A stretch of 61,793 bases of DNA, filler included, from 7 parts of 7 records of this genome joined end to end with filler, not necessarily neighbours in it; one strand, 5' to 3'. Positions 1 through 10,238 are shown, numbered from the whole stretch's first letter. A program made the numbers and translations. Notes: generated by a model from the letters alone, not told the origin.

Positions 1-138
1 AACATGAAATGTTAACGAATAAGTAAAGCGGTAAAGAACAAAGTAGCTGTGATTCATTTCTATTGAAATGGAATAAACTAAAAGCGGTTATGTGTAAAAC
101 ACATATTTAACAATATGTACATTATACAAGGAGAACTA

Positions 139-1221
139 ATGCAAAGAAAATCCAAAGTTACAATGTTTCAGACTGTACTGCTGTTACTAATTATGACATA
201 TTCTGCATCTATGAGGATAGTTCCAAAATTTGCAGTAGACTCTGCTAAGCAGGCAGCATGGTTATGTCCAGCAATAGGAACAGTAGGCATTGGAATAATG
301 TTATTCGTTTTATATTCTTTTTTAAAGAAGTATCCAGGTAAATCTATTCCTGATATTATATATAAAATATGCGGAAAAGTATTAGGAAAAATAATAGTCC
401 TTATATATATAATATGGTTATTAATATTATTATCTCTTTATGTACGTTATTTTGGCGAAAGACTGGTCTCCTCCATTTATTCTGGTTCTGATATGAGAAT
501 ATTCTTTGTGATACTTCTTGTGCTAGTAGCTGTTATACTGCGTAAAGATATAATTGTATTAGCGAGAATGAATAATCTTATTTTTTCATTGCTTGCTTTT
601 CAATACTTCTTTTTGATGTCACTCTTATTAATAAAAGTGGATTTGCGTTTTATTACACCTATTAGCTCAATAGATATAGTTCCAGCTATTAAAGGCTCAA
701 TGGGTTATATAGGTATTGAGGTATATATATTCTATTTCTTTATGATCAGTGATAAAATTGACACTAAAAATTTTAAAAAAAATGCAATTGGACGTACAAT
801 CTTTACAGTATCAGCATTAACACTTTTGACTATCTGCCTCTTAGGTACTTTTGGACATCAAACGATGCAAAAGCTTCCATTCCCTCTCTTAATGGCTGTA
901 AAGAACATATCCAAGGTTGGTAATTTTTCTGGTCTGGATTCCTTGTTTATCTCATTCTGGGTTATGGCTGACTTTATAACTGTATGTTTATTTTCTTATA
1001 TTATATTAAACTTAATGAAGTCATTATTTAATCTATATGATTATACTCATCTCTTAAGCATTTTGATGATTTTTACTTTTGTCCTATCTCAATTCTTATC
1101 TGTAAATGTGTTTGAACTTCAGAGCTTTTCTTCAAAAGTAGGTATACAGACCAATGTTGCAACTGGACTCTTATTCCCTGTTTTATTGTACATCATAGGA
1201 AAAATAAGAAGAAAATTATAG
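139..1221 (+). CDS. GerAB/ArcD/ProY-family spore germination permease (B subunit), copy 1
   Basis: About 10 hydrophobic segments; motifs AKQAAWLCP, KKYPGKSI, LARMN, GLDSLFISFW typical of GerAB; AAGGAG precedes ATG 139, so the start was moved from 115. Confidence 0.85.
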   Translation: MQRKSKVTMFQTVLLLLIMTYSASMRIVPKFAVDSAKQAAWLCPAIGTVGIGIMLFVLYSFLKKYPGKSIPDIIYKICGKVLGKIIVLIYIIWLLILLSLYVRYFGERLVSSIYSGSDMRIFFVILLVLVAVILRKDIIVLARMNNLIFSLLAFQYFFLMSLLLIKVDLRFITPISSIDIVPAIKGSMGYIGIEVYIFYFFMISDKIDTKNFKKNAIGRTIFTVSALTLLTICLLGTFGHQTMQKLPFPLLMAVKNISKVGNFSGLDSLFISFWVMADFITVCLFSYIILNLMKSLFNLYDYTHLLSILMIFTFVLSQFLSVNVFELQSFSSKVGIQTNVATGLLFPVLLYIIGKIRRKL

Positions 1222-1546
1222 ATTAGCACCGGTTACTTTGCATAAGCAAGATGACTTTTAGTTTTAATCTAAGAAATTAAATATAGCCTTATTATTAAGT
1301 ATTACTTGAATATAATTACTATATTTACCAATAATAAATTAAGAGTGGAAGAAAAGAAGTTAAAAAAGTGATTTTTATACTGTATTAAACTATACACTAA
1401 TGTTGATAATAACTGGTATTTTACTCAATATAAGAATAAGCAAGTAAATAAATATATAATCTGAATAATTCTAATGCTGACAATAAATACAGAGTAATTA
1501 TTAATACTTTAACCATTGACTACTAAATGATACCACAAGGAGATTT

Positions 1547-2632
1547 ATGCAAAAAAAAGGCAAAATCACAATGTTTCAGACTGTATTATTATTATTGATA
1601 ATGACATACTCTGCTACTATGAGATTAGTAACTAAGTTTTCTGTGTACTATGCCAAACAGGCAGCCTGGCTATGCTCTATTGTAAGTATAGTATGTATTA
1701 GTATAATATATTACATAATATATGTTTTTGTAAATAAATACCCAGGTAAATCTATTCCTTATATCATTTACAAAATATGTGGAAGAGTAATAGGTAAAAT
1801 AATAATTTTTATATATATTATTTGGATATTAATATTATTATCTATATACGTTCGTTACGTTGGTGAAAGATTGGTTTCTTCTATATATACTAGTTCAAAT
1901 ATTGACATATTTTTTATAATTTTTCTTGGTTTAATAGCTATTGTTTTGCGTAAAGATATAGTTATTTTAGCACGAATGAATACTGTTCTTTGCGTTCTTC
2001 TTTTAATTCATTTTTTCTTTTTACAGTCACTTTTAAGTAACAATATTAATATTGATCTTTTTACACCTATTAGTTCACTAGACATAGTTCCTATTATAAA
2101 AGGTTCATTCGCTTTTGTAGGTATAGAAATATACGTCTTCTATTTCTTTATGACCAGTGATAAAATCATTATCAATAATGATTACAAAAAGAATATCATT
2201 GGTCGTTCAATCTTTACTACAACGGCAACATCACTTATGATTATGACCCTTTTAGGGACTTTTGGATATCAAGCATTGTTAAAAACTCCTTTCCCTCTGC
2301 TAATAGCAATAAAAAATATATCACAAGTTGGTGGATATTCTGGGCTTGATGCCTTATTTCTCTCATTTTGGATTATGGCTGATTTTATTACCTTAAGTTC
2401 TTTTACCTATATCTTACTAAATCTAATTAAATCATTTTTCAATCTAAATGATTACACCAGTATCTTAAGTATTCTTATGGTTTTTATTTTTATTTTATCA
2501 CAATTTCTAGCTATAGATTTATTTCAACTTCAGACCTTTTCTCTGAGTGTTACTATACCAACTAACATAGCAACTGGATTATTGCTCCCCATTATGATAT
2601 TTTTCATTGGTAAAGTCACAAGAAAATTATAA
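1547..2632 (+). CDS. GerAB-family spore germination permease, copy 2 (tandem paralog)
   Basis: Colinear with copy 1 (TMFQTVLLLLIMTYSA, KYPGKSIP, GERLVSSIY, FWIMADFIT); AAGGAG ribosome-binding site. Confidence 0.85.
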   Translation: MQKKGKITMFQTVLLLLIMTYSATMRLVTKFSVYYAKQAAWLCSIVSIVCISIIYYIIYVFVNKYPGKSIPYIIYKICGRVIGKIIIFIYIIWILILLSIYVRYVGERLVSSIYTSSNIDIFFIIFLGLIAIVLRKDIVILARMNTVLCVLLLIHFFFLQSLLSNNINIDLFTPISSLDIVPIIKGSFAFVGIEIYVFYFFMTSDKIIINNDYKKNIIGRSIFTTTATSLMIMTLLGTFGYQALLKTPFPLLIAIKNISQVGGYSGLDALFLSFWIMADFITLSSFTYILLNLIKSFFNLNDYTSILSILMVFIFILSQFLAIDLFQLQTFSLSVTIPTNIATGLLLPIMIFFIGKVTRKL

Positions 2633-2885
2633 TACCGAAACTGTTATATTTTCAACAAAAAATAACGATGATTTTATCTAAATAATATATAAAATTATTT
2701 ATCATAAATAAGTGTTTATTAAATATTATTACTATATTTACCAATAATAAATAATAATTAAATTATAGTTTTTCAAGGTACATATAGGTAATTATGCTAA
2801 CTCTAGAATATCACTGATATGTGATACTCAATGTTAAAAAAGCAATAATATTAACGTATCCAAATATGGATAAGCTCTGATATGA

Positions 2886-3194
2886 TTGAGGATAGACGGT
2901 AAAATTGCTATGACTGGCGAAATCTCACTTCGTGGAATTGTGATGCCAATCGGTGGTCTGAAGGAGAAACTTATTGCTGCACAAAGATCAGGTATCAAAA
3001 AGGTACTAATACCTATTGATAATGAAATTGATTTGAAAGATGTGCCTGATGAAATAATTGATGAATTAGAAATAATTCCAGTAGAAACTATAGAAGAAGT
3101 AATAAGTGAAATTCTAAACATTAAGCTTCCAAAGAATCATGTTGTTTCTTGGGCTAATCAAGATGACAAGGGTACATACTTCTTACCTAACTAA
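2886..3194 (+). pseudogene. lon: Lon protease C-terminal remnant
   Basis: AMTGEISLRGIVMPIGGLKEKLIAAQRSG is the end of the Lon S16 proteolytic domain; the catalytic-Ser motif (PKDGPSAG), AAA+ and N domains are absent and upstream DNA is AT-rich non-coding. Confidence 0.75.
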
Positions 3195-3547
3195 ATTAGG
3201 GTATGATTCTATAAGACCTACCAGTATACCTATAAAATACGAAGAGCAAGACAATTGTTCTTCGTGCTTTTTTAATTGTATAATTCACCATATATTACCA
3301 CTATTTTATTCTAAGAACGATAGTAAGTATTAGAGAAAAAGGTTATAATAATCCCATAGCGAAATTTACAAACGTCAATTATGGAGCTTTTATAAAATGA
3401 AAGCGAAACTGCAGCTAGAAAATGAAATGCATAGCGATGGTGTGGCTAGTCACTGGTTTACTTAATAATATAGTGACTAGGCATACATTAGCGGATATAT
3501 GTAATACAGTCAATTTCTAGCTGTGTACATAATACAAGGAGAAAATA

Positions 3548-4450
3548 ATGAGCAAAATATCAATTTCAATAATCCTTAGTGTTTTATTAATACTTACCGG
3601 TTGTAGCAGCGTTAGTATGAATGATAACAGTGAGATTGAGAATACATCAATAGATTCAAGCGAAACACAACAATCAGAAACTATTGAATCTGAATCCATA
3701 GAATCTAATAACTTATCAATAAAAGATTACATTACTGCGCATGGAATATATATAGGTTTGATTGATAATAATAGCTTTGAAGTAATAGTAGATGACGTAC
3801 CAATGGCATTTCGTCATCCTAACAGTCCAAAGTTTATTGAAAAGAATGGCATAACAGAGAATTCAAATGTAGAGATTGTATATTATGTAAATAAAGACGG
3901 TCAGAACATAGTAAAGTCAATCTCCCCCTATTGTGATGAATTAAAAGTATCTGATTACTTTCCTATCACACCAAATGTATTTAAGGAATATGAAGGTACC
4001 GGAATCGAGTATGCATCATATACATCACTAGTTGAATATACATCCGGTAATCAAATGCAGATAAAAACTAATAATGGTGGTACTATAACTGTAGAAGTAT
4101 ATACAGTTACTGATGAAGAAGCAGTCAAAGTTTTTCAGCAGTCTGAAGTCTATGACGATGATAATTATATTGGCAATGTCAATATGAATGATATTATTTT
4201 GAAGGCTCCGTTAGAAGTAGGTACATGCTGGACTAGTAATAATTCACAGTACGAAATAACTGCTGTAGGCAAAGAAATATCCACACCATATTCTATGTTT
4301 AATGCAATAGAAGTTACTAGATCAACAGAGTATTCTACTATATATGACTATTATGTAAAGGATATTGGTCACGTAAAAAGTGTATTTATTGATAATGAAA
4401 GTCAGTATGAAATAACCAGTTCTTTGCTGTCAATGACTGTAGTAGAATAA
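3548..4450 (+). CDS. Lipoprotein of unknown function
   Basis: Lipobox LTGC after a hydrophobic signal; Ser/Glu-rich linker; AAGGAG RBS; C-terminal half (DYFP...YEGTGIEYASY...NNGGT...ILKAPLEVG) resembles clostridial lipoproteins from memory only. Confidence 0.8.
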   Translation: MSKISISIILSVLLILTGCSSVSMNDNSEIENTSIDSSETQQSETIESESIESNNLSIKDYITAHGIYIGLIDNNSFEVIVDDVPMAFRHPNSPKFIEKNGITENSNVEIVYYVNKDGQNIVKSISPYCDELKVSDYFPITPNVFKEYEGTGIEYASYTSLVEYTSGNQMQIKTNNGGTITVEVYTVTDEEAVKVFQQSEVYDDDNYIGNVNMNDIILKAPLEVGTCWTSNNSQYEITAVGKEISTPYSMFNAIEVTRSTEYSTIYDYYVKDIGHVKSVFIDNESQYEITSSLLSMTVVE

Positions 4451-4451
4451 A

Positions 4452-5528
4452 CTATCCAGCACTAATAATTTCTAAATTCTTCTGTAGGCGTTCATCATCA
4501 GGTGACATTTCAAGAGCAGTTTTTGCAAACTCTAGTGACTTTTCTTTTAGTCCGATATAATAACATGCAAGTGCCCCTAAATCGTACAGAGTGTAATCCC
4601 AGCACCAAGCATCATTAATATATGTTCCTCTGTGTTTGATTTTAAGGGCATCATTAACCATATGATGAATACCAATCCAGTCTTTTTCATCATACATTAA
4701 TTTTGCCATTTCAACATAAGGTTCCCTCAGGTCAGGAGTCTCTGCTATTGCTTTATAAAGCCAAATCTTAGCTTGTTTTATATCATCTTTAGCCTTATAC
4801 CCTCTTGCAATAAACCTCATTGATGCACTTCTTTCAGGTGTCCAAGTGGAATTCGGCATTTCAATATGCTTTTTTAACGCACTAATACACTCATCCCATT
4901 TTTGGGCAAACATATACTCCCTGCCAAGATAGTGATAATTTCTAGGATCATCTGGTTTTTCTTCAACAGCCAATTCCAACAAATCAAGATAATAACTCCT
5001 GCTCTTACTGTTATCTGGATAGTGTTCTAATCTAACTTCAGGACACCAAACGATTTTTTCTGTCCCCTGCCCTACGTATCTCAAACATTCATGAACTGGA
5101 TTAACCCATTGATAATCATGTCTTGTATGTATTCTATCATAATAAAAAGTAACACCTGGTGTACCATCTTCACAAAAGCTCCATGTATAGTGATATTTAC
5201 ATCTAGTTGTTTCATCTTTCCAGATATTTTCCAAGTTTTTCCTCCACCCTTTCTGAAAAACTTCATCAATATCTGTACTAACGCATATATCAGCGTCTTC
5301 AGGCACATAACTTAAGGCAATATTTCTAGCTTTATCAAATCTCCACGGATTAATGATTTCTGTGTGAACTATTGCTCCTCTTTCATTAAGTTTTTTAACA
5401 GTCTCATCAGTTGAACCTGTATCAGTTACAACCAACATATCAGCTTCACTCATGGAATCCACCCATCTGTCAACAAACTGTTCTTCATCTTTGCAAACAG
5501 AGTATACACAAACCTTTAAATTTTTCAT
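4452..5528 (-). CDS. GT2-family glycosyltransferase with C-terminal TPRs
   Basis: VCVYSVCKDEE, DTGSTD, FDKARN, DIDE (DxD), VHE, then TPR-like helices (YHYLGREY, REPYVEMA). Confidence 0.9.
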   Translation of the reverse strand: MKNLKVCVYSVCKDEEQFVDRWVDSMSEADMLVVTDTGSTDETVKKLNERGAIVHTEIINPWRFDKARNIALSYVPEDADICVSTDIDEVFQKGWRKNLENIWKDETTRCKYHYTWSFCEDGTPGVTFYYDRIHTRHDYQWVNPVHECLRYVGQGTEKIVWCPEVRLEHYPDNSKSRSYYLDLLELAVEEKPDDPRNYHYLGREYMFAQKWDECISALKKHIEMPNSTWTPERSASMRFIARGYKAKDDIKQAKIWLYKAIAETPDLREPYVEMAKLMYDEKDWIGIHHMVNDALKIKHRGTYINDAWCWDYTLYDLGALACYYIGLKEKSLEFAKTALEMSPDDERLQKNLEIISAG

Positions 5529-6623
5529 CTATATACTCTCCCCTAGTTTTTCCTCTATAAACCTAAGATTGCTTCTTAACCTTTCATCATCAGGACACAT
5601 TTCGATTGCCTTATTTGCAAACTCAAGAGCTTTTTGATAGTTTTCAATCCAGTAACATGCGATAGACCCTATATCATAAATAGTCGAATTCCAGCAGAAA
5701 TCTTCAACCATATATGACACCTGTTTTTCCTCAATCGTTAATGCCTGCTCAACCATTGAATATGCAAGCATCCAATCTTTTAAGACATATCCCAATTGAG
5801 CCATTTCTACATACGGTTCACGAATTGTTGGGCATTCTGCTATAGCTCTATACAGGCACTTTTTGGCTTCTTCTAAATTGCCTTTATTCTTATATGACCT
5901 TGCAATAAATCTCATTGCAGCACATCGCTGTTCATCCCACTTAGCATTTTTTAGAGCTAAATACTCCTCCAAAGTCTTGATGCACTCATCAAACTTAGAA
6001 TAAAACATATACTCTCTTCCAAGCCAAAACACTGTGTTAGGATCTAAAGGATTTTCTTTCTTTGAAAGCTCCAACAATCCTAAATACTGCCCTCTAGATT
6101 TTGTTTTATCTGGATAATGATTTAGCTGAATATTTGCATCCTGAGCAAATACCTCCCTTTTTTCTCCAAAATATTTTACAGTCTCGTGAACCGGGTTTAC
6201 CCATCTATATCCATGTCGACTGTGGATTTTGTCATACAAATAGGTAACGCCTCTAGTGCCATCGTCTCTAAAATTCCAAGTGTACATGTATCTTAATCTC
6301 GTAATTTCGCTAGTCCATGCTTCCTCAATCTTCTCTCTCCATCCCTCTTCAAAGACTTCATCCATATCCGTACAAACACAAATATCCACATCTTCTGGGA
6401 TAAAGCAAAGTGAGATGTTTCTCGCAGTGTCAAATCTCCATGGTCTAATAGTGATTTCAAATACGTCAGCGTTGAGAGCCTTTAATCTTTCTACTGTAGC
6501 ATCAGTTGACCCTGTGTCACAGACAACAATTTTGTCTGCCTCTTTCATAGAGTCTACCCATCTTTCCACAAACTGTTCTTCATTTTTACATATTGTATAT
6601 ACACAAATCTTATATTTACTCAT
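5529..6623 (-). CDS. GT2-family glycosyltransferase with C-terminal TPRs (paralog)
   Basis: ICVYTICKNEE, DTGSTD, FDTARN, DMDE, VHE; start overlaps the upstream stop (ATGA); abuts the next gene. Confidence 0.9.
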   Translation of the reverse strand: MSKYKICVYTICKNEEQFVERWVDSMKEADKIVVCDTGSTDATVERLKALNADVFEITIRPWRFDTARNISLCFIPEDVDICVCTDMDEVFEEGWREKIEEAWTSEITRLRYMYTWNFRDDGTRGVTYLYDKIHSRHGYRWVNPVHETVKYFGEKREVFAQDANIQLNHYPDKTKSRGQYLGLLELSKKENPLDPNTVFWLGREYMFYSKFDECIKTLEEYLALKNAKWDEQRCAAMRFIARSYKNKGNLEEAKKCLYRAIAECPTIREPYVEMAQLGYVLKDWMLAYSMVEQALTIEEKQVSYMVEDFCWNSTIYDIGSIACYWIENYQKALEFANKAIEMCPDDERLRSNLRFIEEKLGESI

Positions 6624-8167
6624 ATACTTAATTCCTTTTTAGCAAGTTCACTAACTTTTTCGAGCATATCATCAAAATTTTTCCCCCAACTATGAGGATT
6701 ATAGTGATAGTCTGTTATTGGAGTTTTTATTTTCTTTGCTTCATTTAGTGCTGCAAGAGCCTCAGCATTCTTGCCAAGCTGATGTAAATAAGCTGCCTTT
6801 TCGTAATATGGCTCTCTCCTATTTGGATGATATAACACATAATTATTTAGGCAAAAAAGAGCTAAGTCTGATTTTTTCTGAAATCTATAAACACTGAATT
6901 TCTGTTTATATAAAAATGACTTATCAGCATTATCATTTTCAAGTGCAGTATCTAACGCTTTTATAGCATCATCGCATCTGCCTACAGACAAATATTCTCC
7001 AGCCAAAAAGCTCCATGTCTTCCACACATCTGGTCTTTCTCTAGCCGATTGTTCCAGTAAATGCAAATAGGACGACCGGGGTTTCGTTGTATCCGGCTCA
7101 TGATATATCCAGAAATCATCTATCCAGCAGATTCTTTCGTCTTCCTTATACTCCAATATCTCATGAACTGGCAGCTTCCATAAATAACCATGTCTTACAT
7201 GAATCCTATCATGCCAATGAGCTGAAAAATTTTCAGCTGACCAAATTGTTTTAAACTTATGATAATACCTTGTAAACTTTATATCCCATTTTGCATCAAG
7301 AACTTCTCTCCAATGCTCCATAAAGTATTCATCTATGTCCAAGGAAATACATAAATCAATGTCTTTATCAATTAAGGACATTGCAACATTCCTTGAGTCA
7401 TCAAACCTCCAAGGCGAAACATGGATTTTATAATTTTTCAAATTAACTTCTGGATTGTCTTTTAGAAATTTATCAATAATATTATTAGTTTCATCTGTTG
7501 ACCCAGTATCACAAAGAATTATTTCATCTGCCTCTTTTATGGATTCTAGGCACTTTAGTATAAACTTTTCCTCGTTTTTATATATCCCATAAACTGCGTA
7601 TGTTGGTTTATTTATTTCTTGAACATCTTGCTCAGAATAAATTTTTTCATTATAACCAATGTACACACCTATCTCATTCTCAACATAAGATAAAGCTATA
7701 TTATCAAAAGTGGAAAGAACCTCTTCATTGCTCCAATCATCCTTCACGTGTTCTTCAAAAGGATTATTCATATATTCTTTCTGTTCATACTTTATAATAG
7801 GAATACTTATTAGAACGAACTCGCTATTCAAAAGCATCTTATTATAGACTTCTATAGCTTCTTCTTTAGTCATGTGTTCTAGAATATCTCCTAGAATTGT
7901 TATGCCATATGTTTGCTGTGGTTTAAATGTCCTGACATCTTCATTAATTGTGATGTCGTATTTATCATATAATTTATATAATTGAATATATGGTTCCCAA
8001 ATTTCAACACCTGTAAAAGTTGCATTTGGCAGTAATGGACGCAGTGTGGTGCAGTAGTTGCCTGCTCCTGGTCCAATATCCAATATTGTTTTGTTTTTAC
8101 AGTATTCAAATAGCTTTCTGATTATTCTTGTGGAAAATTGCTTTCCAGAAGATGAACTAAAAGGCAT
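6620..8167 (-). CDS. Class I SAM methyltransferase fused to GT2 glycosyltransferase and TPRs
   Basis: N-terminal ILDIGPGAG motif I, GVEI, GDILEH; then YKNEE, DTGSTD, DIDE, VHE, TPRs. GGAGG precedes ATG 8167. Confidence 0.85.
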   Translation of the reverse strand: MPFSSSSGKQFSTRIIRKLFEYCKNKTILDIGPGAGNYCTTLRPLLPNATFTGVEIWEPYIQLYKLYDKYDITINEDVRTFKPQQTYGITILGDILEHMTKEEAIEVYNKMLLNSEFVLISIPIIKYEQKEYMNNPFEEHVKDDWSNEEVLSTFDNIALSYVENEIGVYIGYNEKIYSEQDVQEINKPTYAVYGIYKNEEKFILKCLESIKEADEIILCDTGSTDETNNIIDKFLKDNPEVNLKNYKIHVSPWRFDDSRNVAMSLIDKDIDLCISLDIDEYFMEHWREVLDAKWDIKFTRYYHKFKTIWSAENFSAHWHDRIHVRHGYLWKLPVHEILEYKEDERICWIDDFWIYHEPDTTKPRSSYLHLLEQSARERPDVWKTWSFLAGEYLSVGRCDDAIKALDTALENDNADKSFLYKQKFSVYRFQKKSDLALFCLNNYVLYHPNRREPYYEKAAYLHQLGKNAEALAALNEAKKIKTPITDYHYNPHSWGKNFDDMLEKVSELAKKELSI

Positions 8168-8219
8168 ACTTACCTCCAATATTTTGTCTATATAATTTCT
8201 ATGAAATGAATACGAAAAA

Positions 8220-8246
8220 TAGACCCAGCAATAGTGCTAGGTCTAG
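8220..8246 (-). terminator. Rho-independent terminator after the collagen-like gene
   Basis: Minus strand TAGACCTAGCA-CTAT-TGCTGGGTCTA followed by TTTTT. Confidence 0.65.
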
Positions 8247-8259
8247 TTCGTTAAATATA

Positions 8260-8964
8260 CTAGACGTTATATCTAACTGAAGCTGAACTTAGATAGATAC
8301 TATCTTCATAGTTACCTGCTCCAAGAACTATTCTGTCAAATGAGAAGAATGCCCAATCACGAGGACTTGCAATACTATCATCTATAGTGAAAGTAAATAC
8401 ATAATGTCGTGCACTTGCTCTGCCGGCTGTACCTGTAGGTTCACTAACTGCTCGAATATCAGATGGTACGGCTGTTAGATATTGAGTACTTGCAGTACCT
8501 TGACCCCATTCTTCACCATCTGCTCTGAAGTCAGCTCTTAGACGTAATTGTACATCTCCATCGGCACTACCTGCATTTTCCAATAAAACATGAGCTTCTA
8601 CAGTCATATCATTAGCAGTATTGTATGAGTTTGGTACTTTGAATACAATATTTACGATTTCCATTTGAGCCTCTGGGCTTAATGGCATTTCCCAACCTAC
8701 AAATTTACCACCTCTTGCTGCGGGGTTAGGTGGTGCCACTGCAGAATCATATGCATCAAACTCTTCTCCAGTTACAGGAACATAGATTGTATCTCCGCCG
8801 ACTGAATTCATAGTCTTATACATATCAACAACAGTAAATACAAGTTCTACTTCATCAATAGGACCAGTAGGTCCAGTTGCTCCTGTTGGACCTGTTGCTC
8901 CTGCTGTACCGTCTGCTCCCGTTGGTCCTGTTGGGCCTGTTGCTCCTGCTGCGCCGTCTGCTCC
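8260..8964 (-). CDS. Collagen-like (BclA-type) protein, 5' truncated at contig end
   Basis: Frame stays open upstream of the ORF-track start: GADGAAGATGPTGPTGADGTAGATGPTGATGPTGP-IDEVELVFTVVDM then a ~190-aa globular domain. Confidence 0.85.
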   Translation of the reverse strand, partial: GADGAAGATGPTGPTGADGTAGATGPTGATGPTGPIDEVELVFTVVDMYKTMNSVGGDTIYVPVTGEEFDAYDSAVAPPNPAARGGKFVGWEMPLSPEAQMEIVNIVFKVPNSYNTANDMTVEAHVLLENAGSADGDVQLRLRADFRADGEEWGQGTASTQYLTAVPSDIRAVSEPTGTAGRASARHYVFTFTIDDSIASPRDWAFFSFDRIVLGAGNYEDSIYLSSASVRYNV

Positions 8965-8965
8965 C

Positions 8966-9065
8966 NNNNNNNNNNNNNNNNNNNNNNNNNNNNNNNNNNN
9001 NNNNNNNNNTTAATTAATTAANNNNNNNNNNNNNNNNNNNNNNNNNNNNNNNNNNNNNNNNNNNN
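8966..9065. other. Artificial contig spacer (N44-TTAATTAATTAA-N44)
   Basis: Identical spacer at 22072-22171, 28099-28198, 37420-37519, 45556-45655 and 55551-55650; stops in all frames; composition changes across the joins. Confidence 0.98.
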
Positions 9066-10223
9066 AACTGGTCATTAATGACTGATACAGGTGTTAACCT
9101 ACTTTCTCCGGGCAAAGTTCCGGGTAAAAACTTAATGTTCTTAAGTTTCCTTGTAAATGCAATTAGTGCTGTGTATCACAATGCGGATTTATTGCGTAGC
9201 TCTATTGTTTCAGCAGGCAACCAACATCGCCTTGGAGCCAATGAAGCGCCGCCAGCTATTATTTCGGTATTTATTGGACAAGAGTTGACTCGCATTTTGA
9301 ACCAAATTGCTGATAGTCCTGAAAAAGATCTTTCAGACGAAACAGCAGCCAAAATTCAATTGAACATAGCCAATATTCCAGAACTATTATTGGACAATAC
9401 AGACCGCAACCGTACTTCGCCATTTGCATTTACCGGTAATCGTTTTGAGTTCCGTGCGGTGGGTTCCTCATCGAATTGTGCATCACCAATGATTGTACTA
9501 AACACAGCCATGGCTGATCAATTGGAGAAATTTTACAAAAAATTATCCGACCAAATGAAAAACGGTCAGGCATTTGATAAAACGTTAATTTCATTACTTC
9601 GTGATGAGATTCAAACCTCAAAAACAATTCTTTTCGAAGGTGATGGATATAGCGACGACTGGGTAAAAGAAGCTGAAGGAAGAGGTTTATCAAATATTCG
9701 ATCGGTGTCTAAAGCACTTAAAAGTTTTGTGCATAAAGATTCTGAAGAACTATTTAGTAAGCATAACGTGTTCACACCAAAAGAACTAGAAGCGCGATAT
9801 GAAATTAGTTTAGACATGTTCATAAAGCAAATGCAGATTGAATCGCGCGTATTAGGTGATCTGGCCATTAATCACGTAGTGCCCACAGCGATCAATTACC
9901 AAAACATATTGATTGACAATGTAAAAGGATTAAAAGAAATATTAGAAGGCAAAGATTATCGCGAAATGTCGCAGCCACATATTGATTCCATTAAAAAGAT
10001 ATCAGGTCATGTGAAAAGTATCCGTGAAATGGTTTCAACCATGGTTGATGCCCGCAAAGCAGCTAACGATGCAGATGATATAGTTAAAAGTGCAGCCATT
10101 TATGATGAGAAAGTGCAGATATGGTTCGATGAAATTCGTTACCACATTGATAAGCTTGAACTGATATGTGACGACAACATGTGGCCATTGCCAAAATACA
10201 GAGAACTATTATTTATTAGGTAA
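9066..10223 (+). CDS. glnA: Glutamine synthetase type III, C-terminal part (5' truncated)
   Basis: HRLGANEAPPAIIS, DRNRTSPFAFTGNRFEFRAVGSS, WPLPKYRELLF are GSIII motifs. Confidence 0.95.
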   Translation, partial: NWSLMTDTGVNLLSPGKVPGKNLMFLSFLVNAISAVYHNADLLRSSIVSAGNQHRLGANEAPPAIISVFIGQELTRILNQIADSPEKDLSDETAAKIQLNIANIPELLLDNTDRNRTSPFAFTGNRFEFRAVGSSSNCASPMIVLNTAMADQLEKFYKKLSDQMKNGQAFDKTLISLLRDEIQTSKTILFEGDGYSDDWVKEAEGRGLSNIRSVSKALKSFVHKDSEELFSKHNVFTPKELEARYEISLDMFIKQMQIESRVLGDLAINHVVPTAINYQNILIDNVKGLKEILEGKDYREMSQPHIDSIKKISGHVKSIREMVSTMVDARKAANDADDIVKSAAIYDEKVQIWFDEIRYHIDKLELICDDNMWPLPKYRELLFIR

Positions 10224-10238
10224 ATAAATTTAGTGTAT

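Noticed and set aside
3340-3500. Possible riboswitch upstream of the lipoprotein (CTAGTCACT...AGTGACTAG hairpin)
   Set aside because: Only one clear stem; no c-di-GMP, c-di-AMP, T-box or SAM consensus recognisable.
9010-9021. TTAATTAATTAA palindrome recurring six times
   Set aside because: Always centred in N runs of fixed length; an artificial linker, not a biological repeat or CRISPR.
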